Source: Patescibacteria group bacterium (GTDB lineage Bacteria > Patescibacteriota > UBA1384 > XYA2-FULL-43-10 > 1-14-0-10-43-13). Taken from it: 64,000 nt of DNA. Location: NCBI GenBank assembly GCA_041674765.1, contig JBAYVE010000001.1, positions 134,177-198,176 on the forward strand, written 5' to 3'. The notes below the pieces were generated by a model. The model had not been told where the DNA came from. It searched no databases and saw only the letters and a program-made list of their open reading frames with translations. Every line of letters begins with the position of its first letter. The first letter of the stretch is position 1. The position numbers were made by a program, and so were the translations under genes. Shown here in pieces: positions 10,036-20,381 of the stretch.

Positions 10036-10066
10036 GCAGGTCACAACCTAATAAGTTGTGGCTTGC
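10036..10066 (+). promoter_or_regulatory. rpsO-pnp intergenic stem-loop (rpsO terminator / pnp leader hairpin)
   Basis: 12-bp stem gcaggtcacaac / gttgtggcttgc with G:U wobbles and loop ctaataa. Sits between rpsO and pnp, as in the classic autoregulated pnp leader. Confidence 0.5.
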
Positions 10067-10193
10067 ACTTTATAAATTAGTAATGCCAGACAGAGCATTA
10101 AGACAAAGTATGAAGTATGAAGTTAAAAGTATTATATAATACTGGTAACTCGATACTTTATACTCTTGACTCTATACTGGCTGAAAGGATTGC

Positions 10194-12332
10194 ATGGCAA
10201 TCAAGAAGTTGGAATTTGCTCCTCGTACCTACGAGGTAGCTTTTGGCGAGAAAACATTAACTCTGGAGACTGGAAAACTGGCCGGACTCGCCAGCGGCTC
10301 GATGACGGCAAAATATGAAGATACAGTCATTTTGGCGACAGTGGTAGTTGCGCCGGAACCAAAAGACGGGGCGGATTTTTTCCCTTTGATGGTGGACTAT
10401 GAAGAGAGATTCTACGCAGCTGGCAAGATTTCCGGAAGCCGTTTTATCAAGCGTGAAGGTCGCCCTTCGGATGCCGCCGTTTTGGCCTCCAGAAAAATTG
10501 ACCGTCCGATTAGACCGCTTTTCCCCAAGGGATATAGAAATGATGTCCAGATAATTATTACCGTTTTATCTTATGACGGCTCGATCGATACGGATGTGAT
10601 TGGCACAATTGCCGCTTCAGCCGCTCTAATGCAGACAAATGCACCTTTTAAGGGTCCGATTGCCTCAGTCAATGTCGGGCTGATTGACAATAAGTTTGTT
10701 TTAAATATGTCGGAGGATCAGGTTGAGAAATCAGCCTTGAATTTGACTTTTGCCGCCAATAAAGACCGCATTATGATGATTGAGACAGAATCAAATGAAA
10801 TTTCAGAAGAAAAGATTTTCGAAGCCATTGATTTCGGGCATAAGGCAATGCAGGCTGCTATCGATATTCAGCACAAAATTGCTGAAGATCATCAACGTCA
10901 AGTTATCGAGCAGGAGGAAGAGAAAACTGTCGGTGTTAAAGCTGAAGTTTCCAATCTTGTAGCGGATAGGATCAAAGATGCATTAGCCGAAGTGGATAAA
11001 GAAGAACGTGCGTTGATGTTGAAGTCTTATGAGGAGGAAGTTCTTTCAACTTTGGAGGGATCCTACAAGCAGATCGACATCAAGAGTGCTTTTTCAAAGA
11101 TTGTTGAAAAACAGGTTCGGGAGATGATACTTGTAAATGGTGTCCGACCCGACGGTCGAGGTATGGAGGAAATTCGTCCACTCAATATTGAAGTCGGATT
11201 ATTACCTCGTCCTCACGGATCAGCCTTATTTACCCGTGGCCAGACTCAATCACTGACTGTTGCAACACTTGCTTCTCCTGGAATGGAACAGTTGATAGAC
11301 ACGATGGAAGGTGAGTCGACCAAGAGGTTTATGCATCATTATAATTTCCCTCCATTTTCAACAGGTGAAGTTAAACCAATTCGTGGTACCGGTAGACGTG
11401 AGCTCGGACATGGTTATCTGGCTGAAAAAGCCCTGAAACCAATGATTCCTGACGATGAGTCATTTCCATACACGATTAGACTTGTTTCCGAAATCCTAAG
11501 CTCAAACGGCTCTAGCTCAATGGCAGCAACCTGTGCATCAACCTTGGCGCTGATGGACGCGGGTGTACCAATCAAGAAACCGGTAGCTGGGATTGCTATG
11601 GGCTTGGTCACAAGCCCTGACGCTTCAGAATATAAGGTTCTTTCGGATCTTCAAGGGCTAGAGGATTTTGCCGGAGATATGGATTTCAAGGTTGCAGGTA
11701 CGAAAGATGGAGTTACCGCTATCCAGATGGATACAAAGATCTGTGGTCTTACTTTCGATATCATCAAAGATACTCTCGATCAAGCCAAAAAAGGTCGGAT
11801 GGAAATTATGGAAGCGATGCTCGCTGTAATCCCTGAGCCTCGCAAAGAATTATCAAAATATGCGCCTAAGATAGAGGCCATCAGAATTAATCCTGACAAG
11901 ATCGGTGAGCTAATTGGACCAGGAGGAAAGACTATCAAGAAGCTTGTCGAAGAGTGCGGTGGCAAGGAAATAATTAGTATTGATATAGAGGACGATGGCA
12001 CAGTGATGGTTTCCTCGGTTGATCCGGAGATGGGCGAGAAAGCAATTTCGATGATAAAAGCGATGACTCGGGATATAACTGTCGGCGAAGTATTCACCGG
12101 ACAAATTGTTGACATTAAGAAGGATAGAATGACAGGAAAAGAGATCGGCGCTATTATGCAGCTGACGCCAAAGCTTGATGGTATGATTCATATCTCTCAG
12201 ATCTCAATGGAGAGAATTGAAAAAGTTTCAGATAAATTGAAAGTAGGGCAAGTGGTAACTGCAAAAGTTGCAGAAGTTGATCCGATGAAAGGCCGGATAG
12301 GTCTAACGATGAAGGGTATAGAGCAGAAATAG
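10194..12332 (+). CDS. pnp: polynucleotide phosphorylase
   Basis: 712 aa. Two RNase PH domains, motif GDMDFKVAGT, KH motif IGPGGKTIKKL and a C-terminal S1 domain. Confidence 0.95.
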   Translation: MAIKKLEFAPRTYEVAFGEKTLTLETGKLAGLASGSMTAKYEDTVILATVVVAPEPKDGADFFPLMVDYEERFYAAGKISGSRFIKREGRPSDAAVLASRKIDRPIRPLFPKGYRNDVQIIITVLSYDGSIDTDVIGTIAASAALMQTNAPFKGPIASVNVGLIDNKFVLNMSEDQVEKSALNLTFAANKDRIMMIETESNEISEEKIFEAIDFGHKAMQAAIDIQHKIAEDHQRQVIEQEEEKTVGVKAEVSNLVADRIKDALAEVDKEERALMLKSYEEEVLSTLEGSYKQIDIKSAFSKIVEKQVREMILVNGVRPDGRGMEEIRPLNIEVGLLPRPHGSALFTRGQTQSLTVATLASPGMEQLIDTMEGESTKRFMHHYNFPPFSTGEVKPIRGTGRRELGHGYLAEKALKPMIPDDESFPYTIRLVSEILSSNGSSSMAATCASTLALMDAGVPIKKPVAGIAMGLVTSPDASEYKVLSDLQGLEDFAGDMDFKVAGTKDGVTAIQMDTKICGLTFDIIKDTLDQAKKGRMEIMEAMLAVIPEPRKELSKYAPKIEAIRINPDKIGELIGPGGKTIKKLVEECGGKEIISIDIEDDGTVMVSSVDPEMGEKAISMIKAMTRDITVGEVFTGQIVDIKKDRMTGKEIGAIMQLTPKLDGMIHISQISMERIEKVSDKLKVGQVVTAKVAEVDPMKGRIGLTMKGIEQK

Positions 12333-12476
12333 TTTAAACATGCTAATAGCGAAAAAAGCGGATTAAGCCAATACCATCATTATTCGCTCAATTAGCCTCA
12401 TTAGTCGTTAATATAGTAGTTGTCTCGGCCCATTGAGAACTCACCGAATACAAGACAAACATTGAAATAGAATCAT

Positions 12477-12511
12477 AAAAATACCTTCCGTAATCGGAAG
12501 GTATTTTTTAT
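12477..12511 (+). terminator. rho-independent terminator downstream of pnp
   Basis: Perfect 10-bp stem ataccttccg / cggaaggtat, loop taat, then TTTTTT. Confidence 0.7.
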
Positions 12512-12635
12512 TGTCGCTGGAAAGTGATGACTGTGGAAGCGATTTTTGCACCGATCACTGTTGGATGTGTGCTATTGGGTTTGCATTGAATGTTCCTTTA
12601 GGATTATGATGTAAATATAATAATCGGGAGGAGGC

Positions 12636-13556
12636 ATGATAAAAGATAAAGTTCTCTTTGCTGTTATTTTTGCTGTCATAATTTTAGTCGGCGGCGGTTT
12701 TTATGGCGCTAAAAAAATCAGTATCAAGGGTGACGTTGCTGGATCGTCTTGTGATGTAAATACCGCCATACAAGAAGGAAAGGCAATTCTAAAGACTAGC
12801 CATGGATATTTTAAGGCCAAAAAGATTGCAGATTTAAACGTTCCCTATCGCGCTGACGACGACTCAGTATTTGTCTATGCGGTTACAACAAGTCAGAAAA
12901 CCGGCCTTTTTTATGCAGGGAGAGACAGTTCTGGCACCATGAAGTTAACACATGATTATAAAACATACGCTTGGGACCCAGATGGAGATAAAACCGATTA
13001 TCCGAAAGAGTATGCCGTAGATGATAAGATGTTGATCCAAAACCTTTCGAAGTCTTTTAGCTTTGATAATTCCTTGTACATAATCGAGAACTATCCAAAT
13101 AATCCAATTGAAGGGGCCTCAGAGATATATGCCCTCGCAAATGGTAACTTTGCAGCTTGTTCCAGCGAAGGTATTAAATATGAATTTGATATGTTGGGTC
13201 ATGCCGTTAAAGTTTTTGATTTGAGTAACTCGATATCAGGTGTTATGGACGAAGAAAAGCTAGGACTGACAATACAATATATTGATAATGGGTCTGCTGT
13301 TCAAAGAAGCGCTGATGACAACAATACTCTTGCTCCCGATTTGAACAGGGAATTTACTATTAAAGCAGATGGCACCGGTATTTATCCTCTGGACTACGAA
13401 CTTCTTGAAGCTGGAAATAACTTTATGGTTGTATCAAAGAGCTCGGATGGCAGTTCCATTAGGTTGAAAATGATCAAAAAAGGAGTAGTAAATATTATTT
13501 TCTTTCTCCAATATAACCCAACCCAAATCAAGCCGATCACCCTCTCATTTATGTAG
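12636..13556 (+). CDS. hypothetical secreted/membrane-anchored protein
   Basis: GGAGG Shine-Dalgarno upstream. N-terminal hydrophobic segment. No recognisable motif. Confidence 0.5.
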   Translation: MIKDKVLFAVIFAVIILVGGGFYGAKKISIKGDVAGSSCDVNTAIQEGKAILKTSHGYFKAKKIADLNVPYRADDDSVFVYAVTTSQKTGLFYAGRDSSGTMKLTHDYKTYAWDPDGDKTDYPKEYAVDDKMLIQNLSKSFSFDNSLYIIENYPNNPIEGASEIYALANGNFAACSSEGIKYEFDMLGHAVKVFDLSNSISGVMDEEKLGLTIQYIDNGSAVQRSADDNNTLAPDLNREFTIKADGTGIYPLDYELLEAGNNFMVVSKSSDGSSIRLKMIKKGVVNIIFFLQYNPTQIKPITLSFM

Positions 13557-13731
13557 ACTGCGAAGTCTCGCATAAAATTTGATTTATACTAAGCAGCCGT
13601 TTTTGAGGGTATACATAGTCGAACGGAACTTTTTAATGGTTTTTTAAGTATGAGACTGGAGATTTTAATATTTCTGGATAGGTAAATCGGGCCGCTAATT
13701 CTGCAACTAGTCTCTGGTAGATATTCGTGAA

Positions 13732-13760
13732 TTGACAATTCCTTCACGCTATGCTATACT
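13732..13760 (+). promoter_or_regulatory. sigma70-like promoter upstream of the UDG gene
   Basis: TTGACA, 17-nt spacer, TATACT. Confidence 0.45.
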
Positions 13761-13826
13761 TCAAGCAATATTTGAAGGGGAATGGACTCATTTTATATCT
13801 GATTTTTTTATTTTATCGATAGATAT

Positions 13827-14459
13827 TTGTTAATGATTGATCTGGAAAAAGAAAAAGAATTAAATGCGTTGAGGCATGAAGTATCTTCTTGCCTGAAATG
13901 CTCTCTTTGCAAGACCAGGATGCACACAGTTTTCGGAGAGGGTAATTCCAGTTCCTCAATAATGTTTGTGGGAGAAGCTCCGGGGGCTAAAGAAGATTTA
14001 AGCGGTATTCCATTTTGCGGTGCTGCCGGCAAATTTTTGGACGAAATGCTTATAAAAGCAGGTCTCGATCGGAGTAAAGTATATATAGCAAATACCCTAA
14101 AGTGCCGACCTCCGGAGAATAGAGACCCTGAAGAATCTGAAAAAACAGAGTGCAAAAATTATTTATTACACCAAATTGAAATTATCAAACCAGCCTTGAT
14201 CGTCTGCCTTGGTCGTCACGCGACTAGAGAGATGTTGCCCGGAATGCCAAGTATTTCCAAAATACACGGTCATGCATTGAAGCGGCTAAACGGCATTGTC
14301 TACCTTCCTCTTTATCATCCGGCAGCAGCTCTACATAACGGGGCCTTAAGAAAAACGCTAATTGATGACTTCATGAAAATACCGGTCATTCTTGGCAAAC
14401 TGGGAAGAAAAGCCAAAAGCTTAAAGCTTAAAGCAAAAAGCAGGGGACAAATTGAATAA
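13827..14459 (+). CDS. uracil-DNA glycosylase, family 4
   Basis: CxxC cluster plus the GEAPGAKEDLSGIPFCGAAGKFLD motif characteristic of family-4 UDG. Confidence 0.85.
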   Translation: MLMIDLEKEKELNALRHEVSSCLKCSLCKTRMHTVFGEGNSSSSIMFVGEAPGAKEDLSGIPFCGAAGKFLDEMLIKAGLDRSKVYIANTLKCRPPENRDPEESEKTECKNYLLHQIEIIKPALIVCLGRHATREMLPGMPSISKIHGHALKRLNGIVYLPLYHPAAALHNGALRKTLIDDFMKIPVILGKLGRKAKSLKLKAKSRGQIE

Positions 14460-14526
14460 GAAAGTTTGAGTCAAATTTAGAATTTAATGATTTAAAAATA
14501 GAACTAACTATAGGATCTTTACGAAA

Positions 14527-16362
14527 ATGAATGAAGAAATGAAAAAAACAGGTTCCGCCCAAGTGGGAGAAACCGAAAGCAAAGAGAGGGATCAAAAACT
14601 GAACTCTGCTCTGAAGAACAATGCGGTTGAGACACGCTACACCGCGCAACAAGTTGACTTGAACAAGTCAAAGTTTTTCTACGAACCAAAATTAAAAGTT
14701 ATTCCGCTTGGCGGGGTTGAAGAAACCGGTGGCAAGAACTGTACCGTCATCGAATACAAAGATGACATTCTAATTGTCGATATGGGTTTTATGTTTCCGG
14801 ACGAAAGTATGCCGGGTGTTGACTATGTTATCCCGGATGTTAGCTACCTGGAACAGAATAAGAAAAAAATTAGAGGTCTGATTATCACTCATGGCCACTT
14901 GGATCATATCGGCGCGATCCCTTATGTTTATGAAAAAATCGGCTCTCCGATTATCTATTCTGCGCCACTTACACTTGGTATTATCAAGAGCAAGCTCGAA
15001 GAATTTGGTTTGGACAAGAGAGCTAAGCTCTCGCCCATAAAACCCGGTGAAGATGTGCTGCAGCTCGGTTGTTTCAAAATTGAGAGCTTCAAGGTAAACC
15101 ATAGCATTCCGCAAGCGATGGGTTTTGCAATCACAACTCCGGAAGGAGTTATCGTTGATACAGGCGACTTCAAATTTGATCACACTCCTGCAGACGGTAA
15201 ACCTGTCGATTTCTCCGCTATTGCAAAAATTGGCGACAAAAAACCGATTCTATTGATGGCAGACTCAACCAATATTGAAAAACCCGGTGTCTCCATCTCT
15301 GAGAAGGTCTTGGAAGATTCCTTAATGTCTGTTATGGAAAATGCACAAAATCGACTGATCGTGTCCACCTTTTCGACTTTGATCGGTCGTATTCAACAAA
15401 TTTTAAATGTATCGAAGAAGCTTGATCGCAAAGTTTGTTTTGTCGGTCGAAGTATGGTCACGACCGTTGATATCGCTATCTCCCTTGAAGCACTGATCGT
15501 TCCAAAAAACACAATTATCGATGTTAAAGAATTGAATAGATATCCAGATAACAAGGTTGTAATCGTCTGCACGGGTTCACAGGGTGAAGATAATGCGGCA
15601 CTGACTAGGATAGCGACAGGCGAGCACCGTCAGGTCAAGATGAAAAAAGGCGATCTCGTCATTCTTTCGTCTTCGCCGATTCCGGGAAATGAGCGTGCGG
15701 TTTCGGGCTTGATGGATAATCTTTTCCGTGCTGGTGCCCAAGTTGTTTACCAAAAACTTATGGATGTTCATACTTCCGGGCATGCCAATCAGGAAGATAT
15801 CAAGCTAATGCTTGCACTGATCAAGCCAAAATATCTGATGCCAGTTCATGGCGAACGTTTTAGATTAATGCTGCACAGCCAAATTGCTCAAGGCATCGGC
15901 ATTGTTGACGAAGAGCACTGTCTTGTTGCCGATGATGGTCAAGTGATCGAATTTAGCAAGGGTAAAGGCGAAGTTACAAACAAGCGTGTACCAGCCTCTT
16001 ACGTAATGGTTGATGGTCTTGGTGTCGGCGATGTCGGCAATATCGTATTGCGGGATCGAAAAGCGATGGCGCAGGATGGTATCTTCGTCGTTATCGTTAC
16101 GGCCGATCATCAAAATGGTCAGATTTTGACCTCGCCGGATATTATTTCTCGCGGGTTCATCTATATGCGTGAAAGCGAGGATCTGGTTCACAAAGCCAGA
16201 GCCGAAGTAAAGAAAATATTTGCCAGATATACTCAAGTAAAAACAGGGGCGAAGCCCGATTTCTCAATCGCAAAACAAAAATTGCGAGATGAATTAGGTG
16301 AATTCCTGTTCAAAGAAACCGAGAGAAGACCGATGGTCATCCCTGTAGTTATTGAGGTTTAG
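14527..16362 (+). CDS. rnj: ribonuclease J
   Basis: Metallo-beta-lactamase motif HGHLDHIGA, a beta-CASP region and a C-terminal domain. About 610 aa. Confidence 0.9.
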   Translation: MNEEMKKTGSAQVGETESKERDQKLNSALKNNAVETRYTAQQVDLNKSKFFYEPKLKVIPLGGVEETGGKNCTVIEYKDDILIVDMGFMFPDESMPGVDYVIPDVSYLEQNKKKIRGLIITHGHLDHIGAIPYVYEKIGSPIIYSAPLTLGIIKSKLEEFGLDKRAKLSPIKPGEDVLQLGCFKIESFKVNHSIPQAMGFAITTPEGVIVDTGDFKFDHTPADGKPVDFSAIAKIGDKKPILLMADSTNIEKPGVSISEKVLEDSLMSVMENAQNRLIVSTFSTLIGRIQQILNVSKKLDRKVCFVGRSMVTTVDIAISLEALIVPKNTIIDVKELNRYPDNKVVIVCTGSQGEDNAALTRIATGEHRQVKMKKGDLVILSSSPIPGNERAVSGLMDNLFRAGAQVVYQKLMDVHTSGHANQEDIKLMLALIKPKYLMPVHGERFRLMLHSQIAQGIGIVDEEHCLVADDGQVIEFSKGKGEVTNKRVPASYVMVDGLGVGDVGNIVLRDRKAMAQDGIFVVIVTADHQNGQILTSPDIISRGFIYMRESEDLVHKARAEVKKIFARYTQVKTGAKPDFSIAKQKLRDELGEFLFKETERRPMVIPVVIEV

Positions 16363-16504
16363 CATACGGTTTAAATAGCAAGAATAAATTATTGAAGCCA
16401 CTTCTTGTGAGCATTTTAAATTTCCCTTGACTCGATTGTGTCCTTGCAACATCTTCTAAATGGCAGTATCATAGAAAAAACGGTAATTTACTATCGGAGG
16501 AGAT

Positions 16505-17077
16505 ATGAGCTTTTTTTATAAAAAGATTCTAGGCGGCTCGACTTTATTTTTAGTAGCCGCGTTAGGGCTTGGTTTTGCCTCTGTTAGTCTTTTTGGAGTG
16601 AAGGCAGATTCATGCAGTGCAAAGAGCAGTTTTGATCGATCTAAAATTCTAATTCCTGCCGGCGATAGCTATGTAGAAGCTCAGCGTATTTCCCCGGAGT
16701 TGAACAAGCCGTCTGTTATTTATAAGAATGGGGTTTATATCAACGTTGATGGGAGAATTTATTATTCCGACGGAGTCAAATATCTCGAACAGCCAACTTT
16801 TAAAGACGGTAAGATCCTGATAATGGTTGAAGATTACTATCTGTTAGCGGATGCTGATAGCTATACAGACTTTACCAGCCAAAACTTTGGGAGTTCCATG
16901 CTCCTGGCTTATAAAGGCTATCTTCTAAAAACCGATAGCAGTAGTTCGAGGTCAGTTGACTCAGGGGTATACGCAAAAGGTGGCACAACCGCTGTTTGCA
17001 TGTCATCAATTTTCTACGAAGCTGATATTAGCTATGCGGCAGCTAGAGTACTAAACGGTATAGTGATAGAGAAATAA
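16505..17077 (+). CDS. hypothetical secreted protein
   Basis: GGAGG Shine-Dalgarno, N-terminal signal-like segment, and an upstream TTGCAA-N17-TATCAT promoter-like motif. Confidence 0.45.
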   Translation: MSFFYKKILGGSTLFLVAALGLGFASVSLFGVKADSCSAKSSFDRSKILIPAGDSYVEAQRISPELNKPSVIYKNGVYINVDGRIYYSDGVKYLEQPTFKDGKILIMVEDYYLLADADSYTDFTSQNFGSSMLLAYKGYLLKTDSSSSRSVDSGVYAKGGTTAVCMSSIFYEADISYAAARVLNGIVIEK

Positions 17078-17125
17078 CTTTAAATAGAGCTGAGGGATAG
17101 GTTTATAACAGAGCCTTATTTTTAT

Positions 17126-17154
17126 TTGCAACAAAGCCTTGTTTATTCTATAAT
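17126..17154 (+). promoter_or_regulatory. sigma70-like promoter upstream of ftsK
   Basis: TTGCAA, 17-nt spacer, TATAAT. Confidence 0.5.
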
Positions 17155-17238
17155 TAAAGTAAAGTGCGCCGGCACGGTTTTTATAGTTATCATCGGATAA
17201 TCAGAGTAAGTTGAAATAATTTTAGAAGAGAGGGAATA

Positions 17239-19491
17239 ATGGGCAGAAAACGACTTCACCCTAAGAAAAAACCGAATCAAAAATGGTATCAAAAGGAAGA
17301 TGATTGGGGTAACTTCGTCTTTGATTGGTCTCTTGGCCTCTCGCCACAGGCGTGGCGATTGATTTTTGCGACGGTAATTCTATTATTTTCTGTTACCATT
17401 ATCTTAGGTTTCTTTGATAAATCAGGGGTTTTGGGTTTATTTTTTTCAAAATTAATAATTAAACTATTTGGCAGCTTTGGGGCTTATATTTTTGGTGCTG
17501 TCTTGTTGTATCTGGGCATAATACTGATCAAGCCAAGGAAAAATAAGGATGGCAAAGGTTCTTATCGTATCGCAGAGTTTCTGGGTCTCTTCCTTTTGGC
17601 TTTTTCCGTTCCAACTTTTATCCACTTATTTGTTCCGCCGGAAATTTCTGGTGAAGTTGGTGGTCGGGGTCAATACGGTGGCTTGGTTGGGCATGGCTTG
17701 TCGGTGCCTCTTCGTAATGCTATTGGTCTGTTTCCGACCTTTCTATTTACGGTTGCTATGGCTGGTGTTTCGATTTTGATGATTTTTGAATTTTCCTTAA
17801 CAGATTTTCTAGGATGGGGAGACAAGAAGGAGAAAGAGGACGGTGAGTCAGGCCGGGTTAACGTCAATAGAACGGAACCCAGAGTATCTGTCTTCGAATC
17901 TGTTCGTAAGAGATTGGGTCTCGGAAAGGCGTCAAAAGAAGCTGAATCAAAGGCTACAGTTATTGAGGTTGCCCAAAGTGCTCATCCGCCCGTACATCAG
18001 AAGGAAGGTACTGTTTGGCATTATCCTACTGTAGAATTATTGAACAATTTGAATGAGACGGCTGATCCAGGCAACATCTATAAGAATGCCGAGGCGATCC
18101 AAAAATGCCTGAACACCTTCAATATCGATGTTGAGCTTGGCGATGCTAATGTTGGACCTACAGTTACTCAATACACCTTGAAGCCGACAGCCGGTGTCAA
18201 GCTAAACCAGATAGTTGCACGGCAAAATGATCTAGCCTTGGCTCTATCCGCAAAAAGTATCAGAATTGAAGCTCCAATCCCGGGGAAAAATGCTGTTGGT
18301 ATCGAGATACCCAACAAAAAAGCGGCTAAAGTTACGCTTCGGGAAATTCTATTTTCCCCTGAGTTTAAGACGATCAAGAGCAAGTTGACTTTGGCCCTTG
18401 GTCGAGACGTTGCAGGTGACTCGGTCTCTATCGATCTCGAAAAGATGCCCCACCTTTTAATCGCTGGTTCGACCGGCTCTGGAAAATCTGTTTGCATTAA
18501 TGCCATAATTTCGTCGTTGCTTTATAATAACTCACCAGCGGAGCTACGGCTATTGTTGGTCGATCCTAAGAGAGTGGAGCTGACCTGTTACAATGCCATT
18601 CCTCATTTGATTACGCCGGTTGTCACCGAAGTGGACAAGACAGTTTCAGCCTTGAAATGGGCTGTCTGGGAGATGGAAAGACGATACAAGATGTTTTCGG
18701 AGCTTGGCAAACGTAATATTATCGCCTACAATGTGGCTCCGGGGCCCGAAGGAAAACTTCCTTATATGGTTATTATTATCGATGAGTTGGCCGACTTGAT
18801 GGCAACTTCATCAAAAGAGGTCGAAGGGTCTATAGTTAGATTGGCACAGATGGCCAGAGCGACAGGAATGCATTTAATCATTGCCACTCAGCGTCCATCG
18901 GTCGATGTTTTGACTGGCCTAATCAAAGCTAATATCGCTTCTAGAATTGCTTTCGCCACTGCTTCCCAAGTTGATTCAAGGACAATTCTCGACATATCCG
19001 GTGCCGAAAAGCTGCTTGGCAACGGCGATATGCTCTTTATGGCCGCCGGAATTAAACCCCGTCGTATTCAGGGGTGTTTTATTTCGGACCCTGAAATTGA
19101 GAAGGTTACTGACTTCCTCAAGAAAGAAGGAGGTCCTCAGTACGATGAAAGTATTCTATCTTTTGGTGCGAGTCGAGGAGGAGGAGTTGGCAATGGCATG
19201 GGAACAGATGAAGATGATTTGTATAATGATGCGGTTGAGACGGTCGTTAACGCCGGCAAAGGATCAGCTTCTCTTTTGCAGCGCAGACTAAAAGTCGGCT
19301 ATGCCAGAGCAGCCAGATTACTCGATATACTAGAAGAGAATGGGGTTATTGGTCCGCAAGATGGCGCCAAGCCTCGTGATGTCTTAGTATCAAGCTCGGA
19401 GATAGGCGGCTATAAATCAGTCAATGACGAATATAACAACAGCTTCAGCGGGGAATTATCAAAGGACGATGAGGGGGAAAAATACTACTAG
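17239..19491 (+). CDS. ftsK: DNA translocase FtsK/SpoIIIE
   Basis: N-terminal TM helices. Walker A GSTGSGKS. C-terminal gamma winged-helix domain (LLQRRLKVGYARAARLLD). Confidence 0.95.
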   Translation: MGRKRLHPKKKPNQKWYQKEDDWGNFVFDWSLGLSPQAWRLIFATVILLFSVTIILGFFDKSGVLGLFFSKLIIKLFGSFGAYIFGAVLLYLGIILIKPRKNKDGKGSYRIAEFLGLFLLAFSVPTFIHLFVPPEISGEVGGRGQYGGLVGHGLSVPLRNAIGLFPTFLFTVAMAGVSILMIFEFSLTDFLGWGDKKEKEDGESGRVNVNRTEPRVSVFESVRKRLGLGKASKEAESKATVIEVAQSAHPPVHQKEGTVWHYPTVELLNNLNETADPGNIYKNAEAIQKCLNTFNIDVELGDANVGPTVTQYTLKPTAGVKLNQIVARQNDLALALSAKSIRIEAPIPGKNAVGIEIPNKKAAKVTLREILFSPEFKTIKSKLTLALGRDVAGDSVSIDLEKMPHLLIAGSTGSGKSVCINAIISSLLYNNSPAELRLLLVDPKRVELTCYNAIPHLITPVVTEVDKTVSALKWAVWEMERRYKMFSELGKRNIIAYNVAPGPEGKLPYMVIIIDELADLMATSSKEVEGSIVRLAQMARATGMHLIIATQRPSVDVLTGLIKANIASRIAFATASQVDSRTILDISGAEKLLGNGDMLFMAAGIKPRRIQGCFISDPEIEKVTDFLKKEGGPQYDESILSFGASRGGGVGNGMGTDEDDLYNDAVETVVNAGKGSASLLQRRLKVGYARAARLLDILEENGVIGPQDGAKPRDVLVSSSEIGGYKSVNDEYNNSFSGELSKDDEGEKYY

Positions 19492-19566
19492 AATTTCCGA
19501 AACCAATTTAGAAATCAAATAATTCAAAAAATTAGGATTTGATTAGAAAATTAAAAATTCACAGAT

Positions 19567-20280
19567 ATGATTTCAGGTTTTTCAAAAAAGAAGATTAAAG
19601 AGAAAAAAACGCTGGCAGAACGGCTAAAATCATCTAGGCTTGCTCAGGATATCAGTTTGTCCGATGCTGAAGCAGGTACAAAGGTTAGGGCTAAATTTTT
19701 AGCGGCGCTAGAAGATGATAGATGGAATGAACTTCCATCAAGCGTTTACGTTCGGGGGTTTGTTTTGGCTTATGCCAAGTTTTTGAGCATCAAGAATACC
19801 GAAATATTGAAATTATACGAGACTGAATTGAATCTGAAAAGAAATGTAAACCATCATTATGATCTTGCCTATAAAAATAGCTTTAAAGAGACTAAAGCTC
19901 TTATAACCCCGAAACTAGTTGGATTTCTATTTATGGGTTTCTTCATTTTCTCAATGTTTGGCTACATTTTTTATCAGGTTTCCAATTTCGCCGGCAGTCC
20001 CGATCTGAAAGTTCTATCTCCCAACAATAATGCACTTCTAGATGATGATTCGATTGAGATTCGGGGATTGGTTGACAATGATAGCATATTAACGGTAAAT
20101 GAGGAGACAGTGCCAATCACCAATGACGGTCATTTTTTTACCAATTTGAGGCTCCATCGGGGGGTAAATATAATTAAAGTTTCGGCAAAAAATAAAGCGC
20201 AAAAGGAAACGTCGGAGGTTTTGACTTTAGAATACAAGCCAAAAACAGCACTTATTGATTCTCTGCAAAGGGATCAATAA
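19567..20280 (+). CDS. rodZ: RodZ-like cytoskeleton protein (HTH + TM + DUF4115-like)
   Basis: N-terminal XRE-type HTH (LAERLKSSRLAQDISLSDAEAGTKV...YVRGFVLAYAKFL), a single TM helix and a C-terminal beta domain. Confidence 0.6.
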   Translation: MISGFSKKKIKEKKTLAERLKSSRLAQDISLSDAEAGTKVRAKFLAALEDDRWNELPSSVYVRGFVLAYAKFLSIKNTEILKLYETELNLKRNVNHHYDLAYKNSFKETKALITPKLVGFLFMGFFIFSMFGYIFYQVSNFAGSPDLKVLSPNNNALLDDDSIEIRGLVDNDSILTVNEETVPITNDGHFFTNLRLHRGVNIIKVSAKNKAQKETSEVLTLEYKPKTALIDSLQRDQ

Positions 20281-20381
20281 GAATCATTAATTTAAAATTT
20301 TAATCAATTTCTAATTTTTTAAAAGTTGGAAAATTAAGAATTGAATAAAAATTAAGAATTAAAAATTTGAATAGGAGAACT

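Noticed and set aside
11414-12191. Minus-strand ORFs inside pnp (65, 111 and 93 aa), and similar antisense or overlapping small ORFs inside rnj, ftsK, recA, ppsA and other large genes
   Set aside because: They lie entirely within well-supported long coding sequences on the opposite strand or in alternate frames. They have no Shine-Dalgarno and low-complexity composition, and are typical ORF-finder noise.
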